The position numbers and the translations under genes are program-made. From Lophium mytilinum (taxonomy: Eukaryota), in assembly GCA_010093605.1 (NCBI GenBank), contig MU004181.1, positions 806,001 through 870,000 of the forward strand: a DNA stretch of 64,000 nucleotides. The letters are read 5' to 3'. A model generated the notes under the pieces. That model did no database searches. It saw only the letters and a list, made by a program, of their open reading frames with translations, and was not told where the DNA came from. Numbering within the stretch: position 1 is the stretch's first letter; every line of letters begins with the position of its first letter. Shown in pieces: positions 10,510 through 24,295 of the stretch.

Positions 10510-12360
10510 TCAAAGCTGGCTCTCCTTCCCCTGCAATTCACAGAACGCCTTGAACGTTACCATTTCCTCCCCCTCATCGGCTTCGATCACCAGCTCCGCG
10601 GTCGCCCCCACGAAGTATACCCATCCCGTCTCGCATCTCTCCCTCTTCGGGCCCACGCTCACCCATCCGTTCCCTGATGTGCATAGTAGCACGCTCGGTC
10701 CCTGAATGGGCTCAAATGTGGCTTTTGCGCCTTTCTTGTTGAGCGAGGTGCGCACGACGGAGAACTCGTCGATGGGCGGGTCGTAGAGGATAGCGGCTGA
10801 GGAGGAGCTGTAGGCGGCAGCATTCAGGGTCACGTAGGGGTAGTCGGCGGGCGACATCTTTTGTGAGGTAGGCGAAGCGTAGGAGTAGGTGAGCATGGAG
10901 GTCAGGGTGGAGACGTCTTTGAATTTTGGAGTGAAGCCGGCGCGAACGACGTTGTCGGAAGAGGCCATGCATTCGATGATGTCTGGATGTGTTAGCTTGG
11001 AGCCGGAGTGATGCGATACTAGGTCGTAAGTTTGGGCGTATGGATATAGCACTGCTCAGGCTCCACTCTTGCTTGCTCGATAACACTGTAAGGAGTAGCC
11101 CAGCTAACAGATAATCAGTCGGCCAGAAGGCAGCCTGTTTTCTACTGCGTCGACCTTTGTATTGTGTTCGGAGTCTGAAAAGCGTATTGGGACACCCCAA
11201 GCAGTGATGAATGAATGTGCCCAAACTTGGGCAGGGGCACTGGTTTCAAGAGGGCCGGATACTTACCACCAGAAAGATACGCGTGGATGTCATCAGCCTT
11301 CAAGAACATCCCCTCGCCGACTTCCAGCTTCACATAGTTGAGGAAGAACTGCACGAAGAGGCCAATGTCTCCAGGGAACTGGCTGTTAAGACGAATGACG
11401 AGGTCCGCTAGCTCCTTGCCGCCGTTGGAGGGTCCGCCCTCGCCAGCGAATTGGGCACCCTCAGACTTTGCTGATTCGAGGAGCGAATACGTAGCCGATG
11501 CTAGAGCATCCTTATCCGCGTTCATGAGCGAGGTAAACGCTTCGCGCAAAGCCTTCTTATTGGCCTCTACATCCGCTTCCTTCTCGGATGTCTCCTGGCC
11601 TTTGATTGTAGACTCAAAGTTCTTAGTCTGCTCCTCGCCAACGAGCTTGCGGAGGGAAGGGATGGTATCGAGGAAGTGTGCGATTTCGTTCAGGGGTCGG
11701 AAGCCGCAGAGGCCGTCGAATGGGGTGACTGCGATAGTCATCTCGGGCTTGTGGTTGTCATCTATTCGAGGTGAGCGAAGACCAACGTCTAGAAACAGAC
11801 TGAAAACATACCCGGGTAGTTCTTAGGATCTTTGGCGTGTAGTTGCTCTGCAAGCTTCTTGTTCGGGTGTGCTTGTATGCTCAGAGCTTTATTGATTGAA
11901 AGCACCTTGAACAGGAAAGGCAGCTTGTGGCCGAATCGCTCGCTGATCTGTGTGGAGAGCAGAGCTTGGTTGTCTTGTACCATATCAAGAAGAGTTCGTT
12001 GCGTCTCGAGGTCCTTGGAGGGGAGGGAGGGGTGTGTTCCCATCCATAGCTACACCAGGTGTTAGTTGAGCTCCATAATCCCCTTACGATGTATTGAGCA
12101 TGCGAACCTCAGCATATGGCTTTTCTTCCTGGATGGAGAAGTCGTCTGAAGGGGTTGCGGCTGCGAATTTGGCGGCGGCAGAGTCCTTGCCGACCTTACC
12201 TGGATAGCTTCAGCCCATCCAGTTCTTGAGGTCATGGTGGGGTAATTGGAGGAACCAACCCCAGTCGTAGCTATTCACACCTATAATCAATTAGAGAAAT
12301 GAAGCTTCAGAGTACTGTGGAAGCCATACCGCATTGGAGACGAATCAACGGAATCTGCAT
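10510..12360 (-). CDS. manA: Mannose-6-phosphate isomerase, type I (multi-exon)
   Basis: Spliced translation [18 protein letters not shown]/..[59 protein letters not shown]. Confidence 0.95.
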
Positions 12361-12706
12361 GGTAATTGAAGTGCGATTGAAGCCTGAATGAAGAGTGAAC
12401 AAGTGGTGTGGAAGGAATTGATATTGAAATGTAACGTCACCGCCCAACGAGAGCCCTGGTGTTCTAATAAAGTGTGGCCCGAGCTGCGCAAGGGGAGGCG
12501 TTTCCCGTTAAAGGCAAGCTCCTGCCGCCTAAAGTAACCTCATCTGTGCCTCTCCAGCAGAGCATTAGTGAACAAGGCACGCTCTGCACGGCTCTGAGTT
12601 CTTCACCTGCCTCTACCATTACAATCGGAAGATTTCAGCTTGCACCAACCTGGAGCAATTTACACAGCAAAGGGGGCGTTAGGACGCACCGGTCCGCGTC
12701 TACATC

Positions 12707-14336
12707 ATGGCCGCTCGCAATCGACCACGGGCTGGCCAGGTCAAGGACGAGGTAGATGAAGAGCGGAGCATATGGAGCCAGATACGGAGTGATGCCAAGA
12801 GAGGAGATCAGCTTCTGGTGAGCGCTTGTCCTCCATATCATGAAATTCAGAAAGAGACGGCAAGCCAGCACGTGATATCCTCTTCCTTAGGATGCTACAT
12901 ACTCGCGGCTTGTTCTGAAGGCGCATTGCTAACATGGGATACGATAGAAAACCTCGAATGAGCTCACAAAGCAGATTGTTGAACTGTATGAGAAGCAAAG
13001 CACATTGACAGGTATGTGCTGAGGCTTATAATCTTTGGACTCAAAGATATATAGCCTCCAAGACATCCTTCATCCTAGACCATCGCGTTTATCAAAATGC
13101 TAACAGAGACTCTTTCTAGCACGCGGCGAATCACCTTCCGCAGGCGTCGATACCGAGCTAGAAGAGCGCCTCCGCGCAAACATCAAACTGACCGAAGAGC
13201 TACAAGAGCTGATCGAAAGCGAAAACGGCAACGACATCCTCAAATCCCTCGAAATCCTAGCCGCCCTCCGCGATGCCCACGAACCAGATCCATCATCACG
13301 TGCTGGCAGCGCTGGCAAATCCCAACGCGACCGCAACACGAAGCGGAAGCACACCGAAACTCTCGAAGACCGCGAGAGCATAGAGTCGCCCGGCGTCTCA
13401 TCCCCGAAGGTCATGATCCCAATATCTGCCAGCAGGTTGGTGAAGAGTGCGGCTTCCAGGGCTAATTCCGTACCGGTTGCGCGAGAGGGATCTGTGAAGG
13501 CGGACGACGGGGGTGAGAGTGCGGATTCCTTGAAACGTAAGGCTCGTCTTTAGCTTGCCCTCTCTTATTCGCTTTTCTGCGAATCGCTTGTACAGGTTAG
13601 GCCGGATTGTGATGTACCAGATTCTCCAGTCCAAGGCTTCTTCAATTGCAATTCAAATCTCCTGCTCTACTGTTTTCCTCGCAACCTCGCCTCTAAACCA
13701 CTGCTGATAACACCCACCCCAAACTAGTCGCCTCCGAGAAACACAAACTCCACGTCCACACCGAAGTGCTCTACCGCAACAAAGCCAAAGCCGCCGAAGG
13801 CGAAGGGATCCTCTGCAGAGTCACGTCCGTGATAGGGGAGGGCAAGCAGCGCCGGTATAGCCTCCTTTCCATTATGTAATGCAAAACTCCGTCCCTTTAA
13901 CATCGATCCTCAAACCCTCTCCCTATCCTCCGCTCTTCAAAACACTTTACTAACACAGTCCATCAGCTATGAAATCATCGACTCAGACCCGGACCCCCCA
14001 ACCCCCTCCCTCCCCTACCGCGCCTCCGTTAACCACCTCGTGGCGATCCCCCCTCCCAGCGCCAACACCACCCTGCCTGACCTCCCCGCCAAGCGCCACG
14101 TGCTCGCGCTCTACCCGGGCACTACTACGTTCTACAAGGCCGAGGTGGTCGCTACCTGGACGTTGAAGAACCGGAAAGAGGAGAAGAAGGGCGACGGGGA
14201 TGTGAAGGAAGAAGAGGCGACTGGGACAGTGCCCGCGCCGGGGCCCGAGTATTTCGTGCGTCTGAGGTTTGAGGGCGAGGATGAGGCGGATCGGGAGTGT
14301 AGTGTGGAGAGGAGGTATGTGTTGCCGGATAGGTAG
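12707..14336 (+). CDS. SGF29: SAGA-associated factor 29 (tandem Tudor-like C-terminus), multi-exon
   Basis: Starts MAARNRPR..EERSIW; coiled-coil region; C-terminal EGEGILCRVTSVIGEGKQRR/YEIIDSDPD and VLALYPGTTTFYKAEV..LRFEGED. Confidence 0.85.
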
Positions 14337-15055
14337 CGGCGTTGAAGGCTGGGATTAGAGGGATTGAGACAGGGGTATCTGTTACTGAGGTAGGGGCTAT
14401 ATGTAATTGGGGATAGGATTGGGTAGGTTATTATTCAATGTGTTCCTCATACCCAACATGCAGAATGAGGCCAGAAGTGATGCTTTCTTGAGTTCGAGTT
14501 CCATTTATTGTGCGCAAACGTATAGCCATGACCATGCCCTTTGCAACCCCGCAAACTCTAGCAGCAACTTCGGTCTTCCGCAAATCACAACCACGGAAAC
14601 AGGAAACAGCACGCAATACGAAAGCAGGCGCACCCAATCTACACGTCATATAGTCTCGAATAAAGGGGGGGAAAGTAGGTATAATGAGGAGGAGGGGCAC
14701 GCCAGGGGTATCGATCACCCAATCCTTCGCCAAAAGACAGAGAAGACAGCGGAGAACAAGCTCACCGATTCGCCCGCGGAAAAACACGACCGAAAGAGTC
14801 GCCAACGAAAACGAAGAAGAAAAGGGACAATGGAACCCGAAAATGCGCTTTTTAGTCGCACGCAATGCAGAGTCCGTTTCTGTTATTACAAGGTGTAAAG
14901 GGGGTGTGCCGCGGGGGCTGACGAGATTTATAGCAATGGAATGTGGCAAGTGGGGAGGAGGAACGGAAGACAGGGGGGCTTGGGGATGGGTATTATGCTG
15001 AAGAGGAGAGGCGCATGCAAGTCGTAGAAGGGACGTGTCGGGAGGGCGTGGTTGT

Positions 15056-15956
<901 letters not shown>

Positions 15957-16344
15957 ACTGTCGAAGTCGAGTTCTACGGTGCTCCAGTGGCCAGGAAGAC
16001 GATTCTGCGCAACTGTCGATCCGTTCGAGAGTAATTGGAGTGTAGAGAGCGCGAGGAGCGGAATCAGGCGGACGTGTTGATAGGGCTCGGCAGGACGCGA
16101 CGGTCGCGAAGGATGATTCCTGGGTGAGAGCGGGCGGCGTCGCACAATTGGACACGACAGGCGGGCCGGAGAATTTAGTAGGGTGAGAAAGTTGGGGGAG
16201 TGGGATGTTTTGGTGTTGTGTAAGGTGCTTGGGCTCTCTAGGAGGTCCTAGAGGTGCTGGCCCAGGGGCTAGCCGCCGCGTGTGGTTCAATCTGCGGCCA
16301 AGGCTAGAGAGCCCCGCTGAGCTTTGCATCTACCTATTCTCCGT

Positions 16345-17076
16345 GGGCAATAGAATAACATGCCAGCAAAAATCAGCTTGGCGAAATAACATGCCAGCAA
16401 ACGCATTGCAGACGCCACCGGCCTTGAGCGATGCCAAATCCAGTGTAGACCACTGCAAATCAGCATTACACCCCGGCCCTCGGCGTCCACAATTTGTTTT
16501 CCGGCATGCACAACTTACAACAGCTGCTCAGCCATCACGTGAGAGCTGAAAGCACCCACCAGCGACACACAACTTAGGAAATCCACCTTGCAGCAGCTGG
16601 TTTCCCCGGTCGCATGTCCTCTGTGAGTGCCTGTAAGGTAAGTAGGATAGAAAATTAGCTGAGGGGGACAGGAGAAGATAAGGGGAAGGCGTGCACGTGC
16701 ATGGCACGTGCTGAGTTGGCCGAGCAACCGCCAAATAACATAACACTCAGCCGCCCCCCAACCCTCTTCTTTCCCTCTTACACACCTTACGGGCACTCAC
16801 AGAGGACATGCGACCGGGGAAACCAGCTGCTGCAAGGTAGATTTCCCAAGTTTTATGTCGCTGGCGGGTGCTTTTAGCCATCACGTGATGGCTGGGCAGC
16901 TCTGCGCCGGTGTGCCGGGGCTGTGTGAGTTGTGCATGCTGGACGATTCTGCATAGACGCTGAAGTTTAACGCTACAGCCAAATCTGGCTTGGAGCGGCA
17001 ACGGAGGCGTCTCGCTTGAATTTCTGGCATGTTGTTTCGCCAAGCTGATTTTTGCTGGCATGTTATTCTATTGCCC
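16345..17076. mobile_element. Non-autonomous Mutator-like (MULE)/foldback MITE, 732 bp
   Basis: TIR GGGCAATAGAATAACATGCCAGCAAAAATCAGCTTGGCGAAA.. matches the reverse complement ending ..CTATTGCCC at 17076. Perfect 9-bp TSD ATTCTCCGT at 16336-16344 and 17077-17085. A second, inner inverted arm pair lies at ~16520-16640 and ~16785-16900. Confidence 0.9.
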
Positions 17077-17340
17077 ATTCTCCGTGCGACGACATCCTGG
17101 CGCCACTGATTAAACATGTACGATACAGGGGCAATTGGGTGATCAGAGGTGTTTGGCATTCACACTCGCGAATGCTTGCTGCAGCAGAATGGTGCCTCCT
17201 CCTGCATCAACCGGGGCGGGACCCCTATCTCGAGAATCTACCAAATTTCGCCCTGCATATAGGAGAGCCTCAATTGACCGGGGTACCTATATGCGAATTA
17301 CGGGACTTTGCAGAGACGTCGTCATGCGTCATCTTGCAAC

Positions 17341-18399
17341 TCAAAATCCATCCTCCAAGCCGGTGCTCTTCTCCTTATTAAGCCGTTCTTGGTTTGATTT
17401 CCACCACCATGTATGCGTCTCTTCAGACTCCGCACCCATCTTCTCGTCCCACGGCTTGGGACTGAGGATGTAGTGGATGTTCTTGACCTCGTTATCGCGC
17501 CATATCTGGTGATGTACGCCCTCCCGCCGCAGCGTCTTCAGGGCATTGTAGATGTACGGTATCGCAACCCATCGTCCCGAGAACAGATCACCGAGCAGCG
17601 ACTGGTCCGCAAAGTCATAGCTCGTGATTGCCGTGTCCTTGGACAGTTGCTCTGATATAAGGGCGTATACTTCAGCAGACGGGTTCACCACCTGCAGACC
17701 GCCGTTGGGGATACCGAGACCAAAGGAAGAGGGCGCGCCGTGGATCTGCGCATCGCCTGGGGTTTCGTGTTGAGACGTGAAAGCACAGTTCTCGGGTACC
17801 CTGTGCTTGCTGTCAGCTCAAGGTCGAGGGCATGCGGGTGTCACTGTACGTACCAGTCTTTGGGGTAATGGGGCTTCTTCAAGGGATTACAGACACAGGC
17901 ATGGCTTGCGCCAAACACCCGATTGCCTTTCCCTGCGAGACTTGGCGGATCAAGCTCGAGCTCCATCAGCTCATCCATGTTCCGCAGCACGAGCATGTCG
18001 CTATCCAGCTGCACCACCCGATCATATTCGACAAGTGAGAAGGGCGTCAGTTTGCTCCAGCAGTCGTAGAAGCGCGGGTCCTGGCTGAAATCTTTGTGTA
18101 CTGCCGGGAGCAGGTACTTCACATACTGCTTGGGTATTCCTCGAATATCCAACGCCTTGTGGCCCTCGGGAGGGAATGTGTCTGTGTAGAGCGCGACCAG
18201 TGGGTACTTGGAGCCATGCTTTTTCAGCGAATAGTCGAGGGTTAACAGGCCAGTCAAATACGCGGTATTGGTGATCAGCGTGGTCCACACTGTTGCGCCG
18301 AGTTAGCTACAGTGCATGAGAGCTAGTAGAGAGGGCTGGATTGCCTTTCTTGCTGTCCACGGCGCGAGGGGTCGCGGCATGTGCGGAAGGAGTAGCCAT
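17341..18399 (-). CDS. Glycosyltransferase family 8 protein (glycogenin/galactinol-synthase-like)
   Basis: VWTTLITNTAYLTGLLTL, WSKLTPFSLVEYDRVVQLDSDMLV (DxD), ASHACVCNP, FADQSLL, YNALKTLR, HYILSPKPW; 3 exons. Confidence 0.9.
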
Positions 18400-18765
18400 C
18401 GGAACTGCGGGTATCTTGCTTGAAGCAATATAAGACGGGCAGGAATCTTAGTTGTTTTCGCGCGGCCGGGGACCACGATGCGTTTCCGAGAGCTACATGG
18501 TTGTAGTTGTGGTGGAATAGTCGAGTCCAGCACCATAGCGCCCACGCCGATTCGCTGCTGTCCGATCTCGGGAGCGCGATATGCAGTCGTCATCGGCGCG
18601 TTTAACCAGCATCAGCACTATTATTTTGGACCCTCGTTATCGCCGATATTTCCAATGATCGCGGCTGACTGAGTCAATGCCAGCCTGCCTGTACCCGCCC
18701 TTATACATGCTGAGCTCCTCCAGCGGCATGATCGCGAAACCCAAGCTACTGCTCCCTGGCCACCA

Positions 18766-19937
18766 ATGTCCGCGGCGGTGAAGAGTTCTGTCAAGGATGG
18801 GCAGACTGCTCCGTCCGACAAGCAGCAGGTTGCTAGCCAAGGAGCAAAGAGCTACAAAGGCTTCGTAGCTGGAGTCTTTTCTGGCATTGCCAAATTATCA
18901 GGTATGCAATGGCCGAACAGTTTTCTAGACTAAGCACTGACTGTACGCAGTTGGGCATCCGTAAGCTCACACCTCACTCAAACACGCTTCACGCTCCTAA
19001 ACCGTTACCCACAGCTTCGATACTATCAAGGTTCGCCTACAGACCACGGACAAGTCGCAGTTCAAGGGGCCCTGGGAGTGCTTGAGCCAGACGGTCAAAA
19101 ATGAGGGCATCAAGGGTTTATACAAGGGTGCCACTCCACCGCTAGTTGGATGGATGTTTATGGACTCGCTGTATGTTGATAGCAGACGCGTCAAAAGCAT
19201 GGACTAATGGCATGGATAGGATGCTGGGCTCCTTGAACGTATATCGACGCCTGTTGAACGACAATGTCTTCAATCCGCGGCGAGCCTCGGCCGACTCAAA
19301 CCTAGGACATAAGCATTTGCCAACCATAGGCCACGCAATGGCGGGAGTGATGGCAGGAGCCACTGTGAGCTTCATTGCGGGTCCCGTTGAGCATATCAAG
19401 GCACGATTGCAGGTGCAGTATCAAGTGGAGAAGTCGAAAAGGCTATATACAGGACCCATTGACTGCGTCAAGAAAATGGTAAATACCTCGGCGATTCAAT
19501 TAAGCATATTAGCTAACAATATGCTGTAGTTCGGCGGATATGGTATCAGAGGAATCTACCATGGTTTAACAGCCACTCTTATCTTCCGGACATTCTTCTT
19601 CTTCTGGTGGGGTAGCTACGATATTTTTACACGAGCGTTGAGAGAGAACACTCACCTATCAGCCCCGGCCATCAACTTTTGGGCTGGTGGCGTTTCTGCT
19701 CAGGTGTTCTGGTTAACATCATACCCGTCCGACGTGGTCAAACAGCGCATCATGACAGACCCACTTGGGCCCGAACGGAAGTTTCCGCGATGGAGAGATG
19801 CTGCTAAAGCCGTGTATAGGGAGAATGGCTGGAGAGGTTACTGGAGGGGCTTCACACCTTGCTTTTTAAGAGCGTTTCCAGCGAATGCGATGGCTTTGGT
19901 AGCGTTCGAAGCCGTGATGAGAGGATTGCCGGAGTGA
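18766..19937 (+). CDS. Mitochondrial carrier family protein (YMC1/carnitine-carrier-like), multi-exon
   Basis: Three PxD/ExxKxRxQ-type signatures: HPFDTIKVRLQ, GPVEHIKARLQ, YPSDVVKQRIM; also LRAFPANA. Confidence 0.9.
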
Positions 19938-20861
19938 AAACTGCTGGTCGCATCTGGTATCTGTAAGTATATACCCACATAAAGCCTCGCGTCATGAGCG
20001 AGTTATCTGTAATCTTAGGGCGATTCCACTCAAACACATATGTACTCATATAGTCCATATCACGTGCCATTTTGTAATGGACTGCGGCCGACGCCCAGAA
20101 ATAGTCATGTCTCTGAACTGTCTTCCATCATTCCATTCATCACTATCCATCTCCTTCCAGCGTACTCACTCTCTAGTTGCTCTGCCTGATCGATAGGAGT
20201 GTTCTCAACCAGCACGTTTTCGCACACAAACGGGCTTCGTCGAAACGACAACAAACGCTTACAAGTGTCTCTCATAGGTTCAAACCCCTGTGTTGTTATG
20301 TCTCTAGCTACTTGTATGGTAAAGCTGCACTCACTAATCATGTTTTCTTTCATGTCCGAACAATGGCAGTATCCTAGACAGTATGCTACGCGGCTTCAAC
20401 CTTATGATGAGAGCGCCATGTTTGACGCATCGAGAATCGTCCAGTACGACCTCAAACTGTCACAATATTTCGTTTGTAACCCTTGATCAAGCTCATTTTC
20501 ATTATCACACAACCTCATATCTGGCTCTGTGGCTCAAACTATCGTCCCGCAAGTCTTTGCTCCGTTTGAGACCTGGCACCGTGCTCAGATTGCTGACTCC
20601 AGCTTTGTTAGTAACTTACATATCCCAAACGCCCAATGCGGTGTATATAGGGCAGTCATCAACAGTAAATTGAAAGTCCGTTTTTACTTCGTTTGTACGA
20701 CCGTCAAGACCCGTTTCTTTCGGCAGCTGAAATCTAGCATCGCGGGCTCTCTCAAGTTCAGATCAGGACTAAGCTGTCAGTATTTCAAGACCGTCCCCCA
20801 TTTCTTTGACCCACCTTCTAACTACTTGACAAGTAGGAAATACAGCCTCAGAACACCGCCA

Positions 20862-23800
20862 ATGGCCTATCGCGGAAATGGTCGGGGTGGTTCAGGGCCT
20901 CAGCCCTGTTATCAATGCGGCAACCTAGGCCACTTCGCTCGTGAGTGTCCACAGAATAGCCGGGGTTTTCAGGGTGGAGGTCGCGGTCAAGGTGATTCAG
21001 TGCGTGGTCTAGCTTCGCGGGGCGGATTCCCACCAGGATGGCGTGGACCATCTACAGATCGAGGTGGCAGAGGCGGTTACCAAAGCGGTTCTAACGGTCG
21101 AGGCCGTGGCGCTCCAAATGGGCCATACGGTCGGCCAGGTTCTGTCAATCATGGGGCCTCAACTGATATCCCCTTGCAGCAACGTCCACCATTGGAATTC
21201 CCTCAGACCCCAAGCACATGGGCCGAGAAAATTGCGAAGCTTGAGAAGATCGAACTAGACCAACTAGCCTCATTCGAGATACCCACGGCACCAACGGGTG
21301 GTACACGCTTACCGCCCAAAACATTCGTCTTATCCAACAATCTCCAGACTTCCCTAGCGAAGGTCAAACAAGAGATGCAGGAGAACGAAGAGAATTTTGC
21401 TGTACACACCATTCGGCCCTCGTTCGTCACCGCAGGGTCAGAGAGACAATCATCAATGTTGACGAATCACTTTCAAGTCACGCTCCCGACCAAAACGCTC
21501 TATGAGTACGCTATCCATGGATTTCCAGATGACAAGACCCGTAGGGCTAAGAAGCACATCGTCCTCGATATGATAAAAAGCTGTCCTCTTTTGCAAGAGG
21601 ATAACTTTGTTACTGACTTTGATGGCACAGTTGTCTCATGGGTCAAATTGCATGATCAAGAGCCTAAGAAAGATGAACACGTTAAAGGCAGCCACTGCCT
21701 CGTAGAGAGGAGACCTACCAACCTCGACATGAGCCTGCAATTCAAAGGCGAAGTCAAATTTGACGCCCTACTTCAACATACCAAGAGCAGCACCAATCCC
21801 GAGCATCTCAAACTTGACGCAAATCCAATAGTGAAGGCTTTGAACATGCTCATCGCTGACAAATCTTTCTCGTCTGCCGTCGGTCTTGAGACTGTGCAAG
21901 TGGGAGCAAACAGGTTCTTCCTCAAATCCGGAGCCAGGGCTCTCAAGGGCAGGAATGACAGCACCGAGAGTCCGCTGTGTACCATTCGAGGATACAGCTT
22001 GAGCACCAAACCCGCGATGGGCAGTACTCTGGTCAACATCAACACCGTTACCAGTGCGTTCTTTCGGCCGATTCTAGTCAGCGAGTTCATGATGAACTAC
22101 AGCAAAGTGCTTGCTAAGACAGACGCAGAGCTCTACGAGCTTCTTGTGGGACGTCGCGTCTATATTCTCTATGAGCGCGGCGACCCGAAACTTGATGCTC
22201 CTGAGGGTAGAGTGAGGACTATCCAGCGTGTTGGCAGAGACACACCCGGTGCAACCAAGTTTATAAAGAAAGGCACAACAGAAGAAATCACGGTTCAAAA
22301 GAACGTCGAAGAAAGTAAGCTTGTCTCCTTGCCACAACGTCCATAACTTACCTATACAGAGTCGATGAAGAAGCTTCAGCATCCCCATCTATACTGTGTC
22401 AATCTTGGGGGAAAGGACGAAAAGAAAGAGGCATGGTTCCCTCCGGAATCCCTTCGATTATTGCCCTACCAGCCGTACAATCGATTGCTTCCTGCCAACT
22501 TGACTTCGGCCATGTTGGACGCAGCATGCCGCAAGCCCGAGGAGAATCGGCACGCAATCATCGAAGAGGGCCTGCCCGCACTTGGAATTGACCCTAGTGG
22601 GGCTGCCTCCCCTGCTGGTGACGACAGTCTCTTCAAGGTCGATCCGGCCATGCTATCGGTACCCTCGCGTATCTTGGCCAAGCCAACGATACTATACACC
22701 GAACGACAGGCAACCCCTAGCGATAGTGCCCGGTGGAGCCTAGAAAGCCAAAGATTCCTGAAAACCACAGACGACGAGATCAAAATGCATGTCATCTTAG
22801 AGGGTGATAATCACAGGAACAAGCTCATCTACCACGAGGCGGAATACGTTGAAAAACTCATCGAAAGCTTGAGGAGTTACGGTCTGAAGGTGGTAGATGA
22901 TTACAAGGATACTTCGAAAAGCTGGCTTGGTTCTGGCAACTTCCTCGACAGCTTTCAACGTGAGCTTGACAAAGCAAAGAAAAACGGCTGCGACATTGTC
23001 TGCTTAGTTCTACGCAAAAAGAGCACCGATGTATACTCAGAGTTCAAAGTCATTGCGGACAGGGCGACGGGTGTGCACACGATCTGTCTGTGTGAGGATC
23101 GGTTGTTGAAGTTTGGCGGGGTGAAGAAAGATGTGATGGGACACCTCGCAAATGTCGCGATGAAGGTATGACTTTCTCCTCCATAAAGTGTCTTCTATGC
23201 TCTACTAAACCTATTAGGTCAATCTCAAATTTGGTGGCACCAATCATTCCGTGGCTGGCATCACGCCCTTTCTGAAGGATACCTTGGTACTCGGTGCAGA
23301 TGTCACACATCCCACAGGAGGCTCTGTCAATGGAACACCTTCTATTGCTGCAGTCGTTGGAAGCGTTGACGAAAATGGAGGCCGGATGTTAGGGTCCATG
23401 AGACTTCAACTTGAAGCAAGAAATGAAGTAAGTGCACCAGTCACCTCCGATTTATTGAAAGATTAGCAGACACTAATTCGTTGGGTACCAGATGATCGAC
23501 GAGATGGAATCGATGGTCAAAGACCGCCTCCATGCCTGGAAAGAGGCTAACGAGGGCAAGTGGCCACAGAACGTCCTGTACTATCGCGATGGTGTATCCG
23601 AATCCCAGTACTCGGCGGTCCGCAGAAAGGAGATCGGGGCAATTCGCGATGCTTTTGCAAACACCACTGACGTGAAGCCTCGCATCACGGCTGTGGTCGT
23701 AGCGAAGCGGCACGGAACTCGATTTTATCCCACTGACGATAAAGATCGAGTTCGTCATAATATGAACTGCCTTCCAGGAACGCTAGTAGAGAGCGGTGTC

Positions 23801-24295
23801 ACGTGAGTACACTTTACAATCCCAGAGAGTTTATCTGGGAGCAGCTATTGACGCGTACACAGGTCTCCGTATTACTTCGACTTCTACCTCCAAGCCCACA
23901 ACGGACTCCAGGGTACCGCAAGGCCTGCTCACTACTTCGTCCTCGAGAACGGCATGGATCTAAGCGCGAAGGACTTGCAGGATCTGGTAAACAGCCCCGA
24001 TCTCTACATCTCCCGATCTCCAATCATCTAACATCACACCCAGACATTCCGCCTCTGCTACACCTACGTCCGAGCCACCCTCGGCGTCTCGTACGCTCCC
24101 CCGGCTTACTACGCCGACCGGCTTTGCGAGCGCGGTCGCACGTATCTGAGAAACTACTTCAATGCGAAGCCACAGATGAGGGGCATGGACAAGGATACGA
24201 TTGATGCTGAGGCGAGAAGGTTGTGGGCTCGTGCGGGGAACAGTCGTGGTGATCCGTGGCATGAGAATCTTGACGATACGATGTTCTGGATGTGA
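20862..24295 (+). CDS. Argonaute A, with N-terminal CCHC zinc knuckle and RGG region (6 exons)
   Basis: N domain (TNHF), L1 (VGANRFF..RGYSLS..LVNIN), PAZ (WFPPE), MID (YSEFK..HTIC..NVAMK/VNLKFGGTNH), PIWI (GADVTHP, YYRDGVSE, KRHGTRFYP, GTARPAHY, YYADRLCER, TMFWM*). Introns at ~22315-22359, 23166-23217, 23428-23491, 23804-23862, 23987-24043. Confidence 0.95.

Noticed and set aside
20529..20861. N-terminal extension of Argonaute A in the ORF track
   Set aside because: Starts at GTG; the first ATG with good context is at 20862
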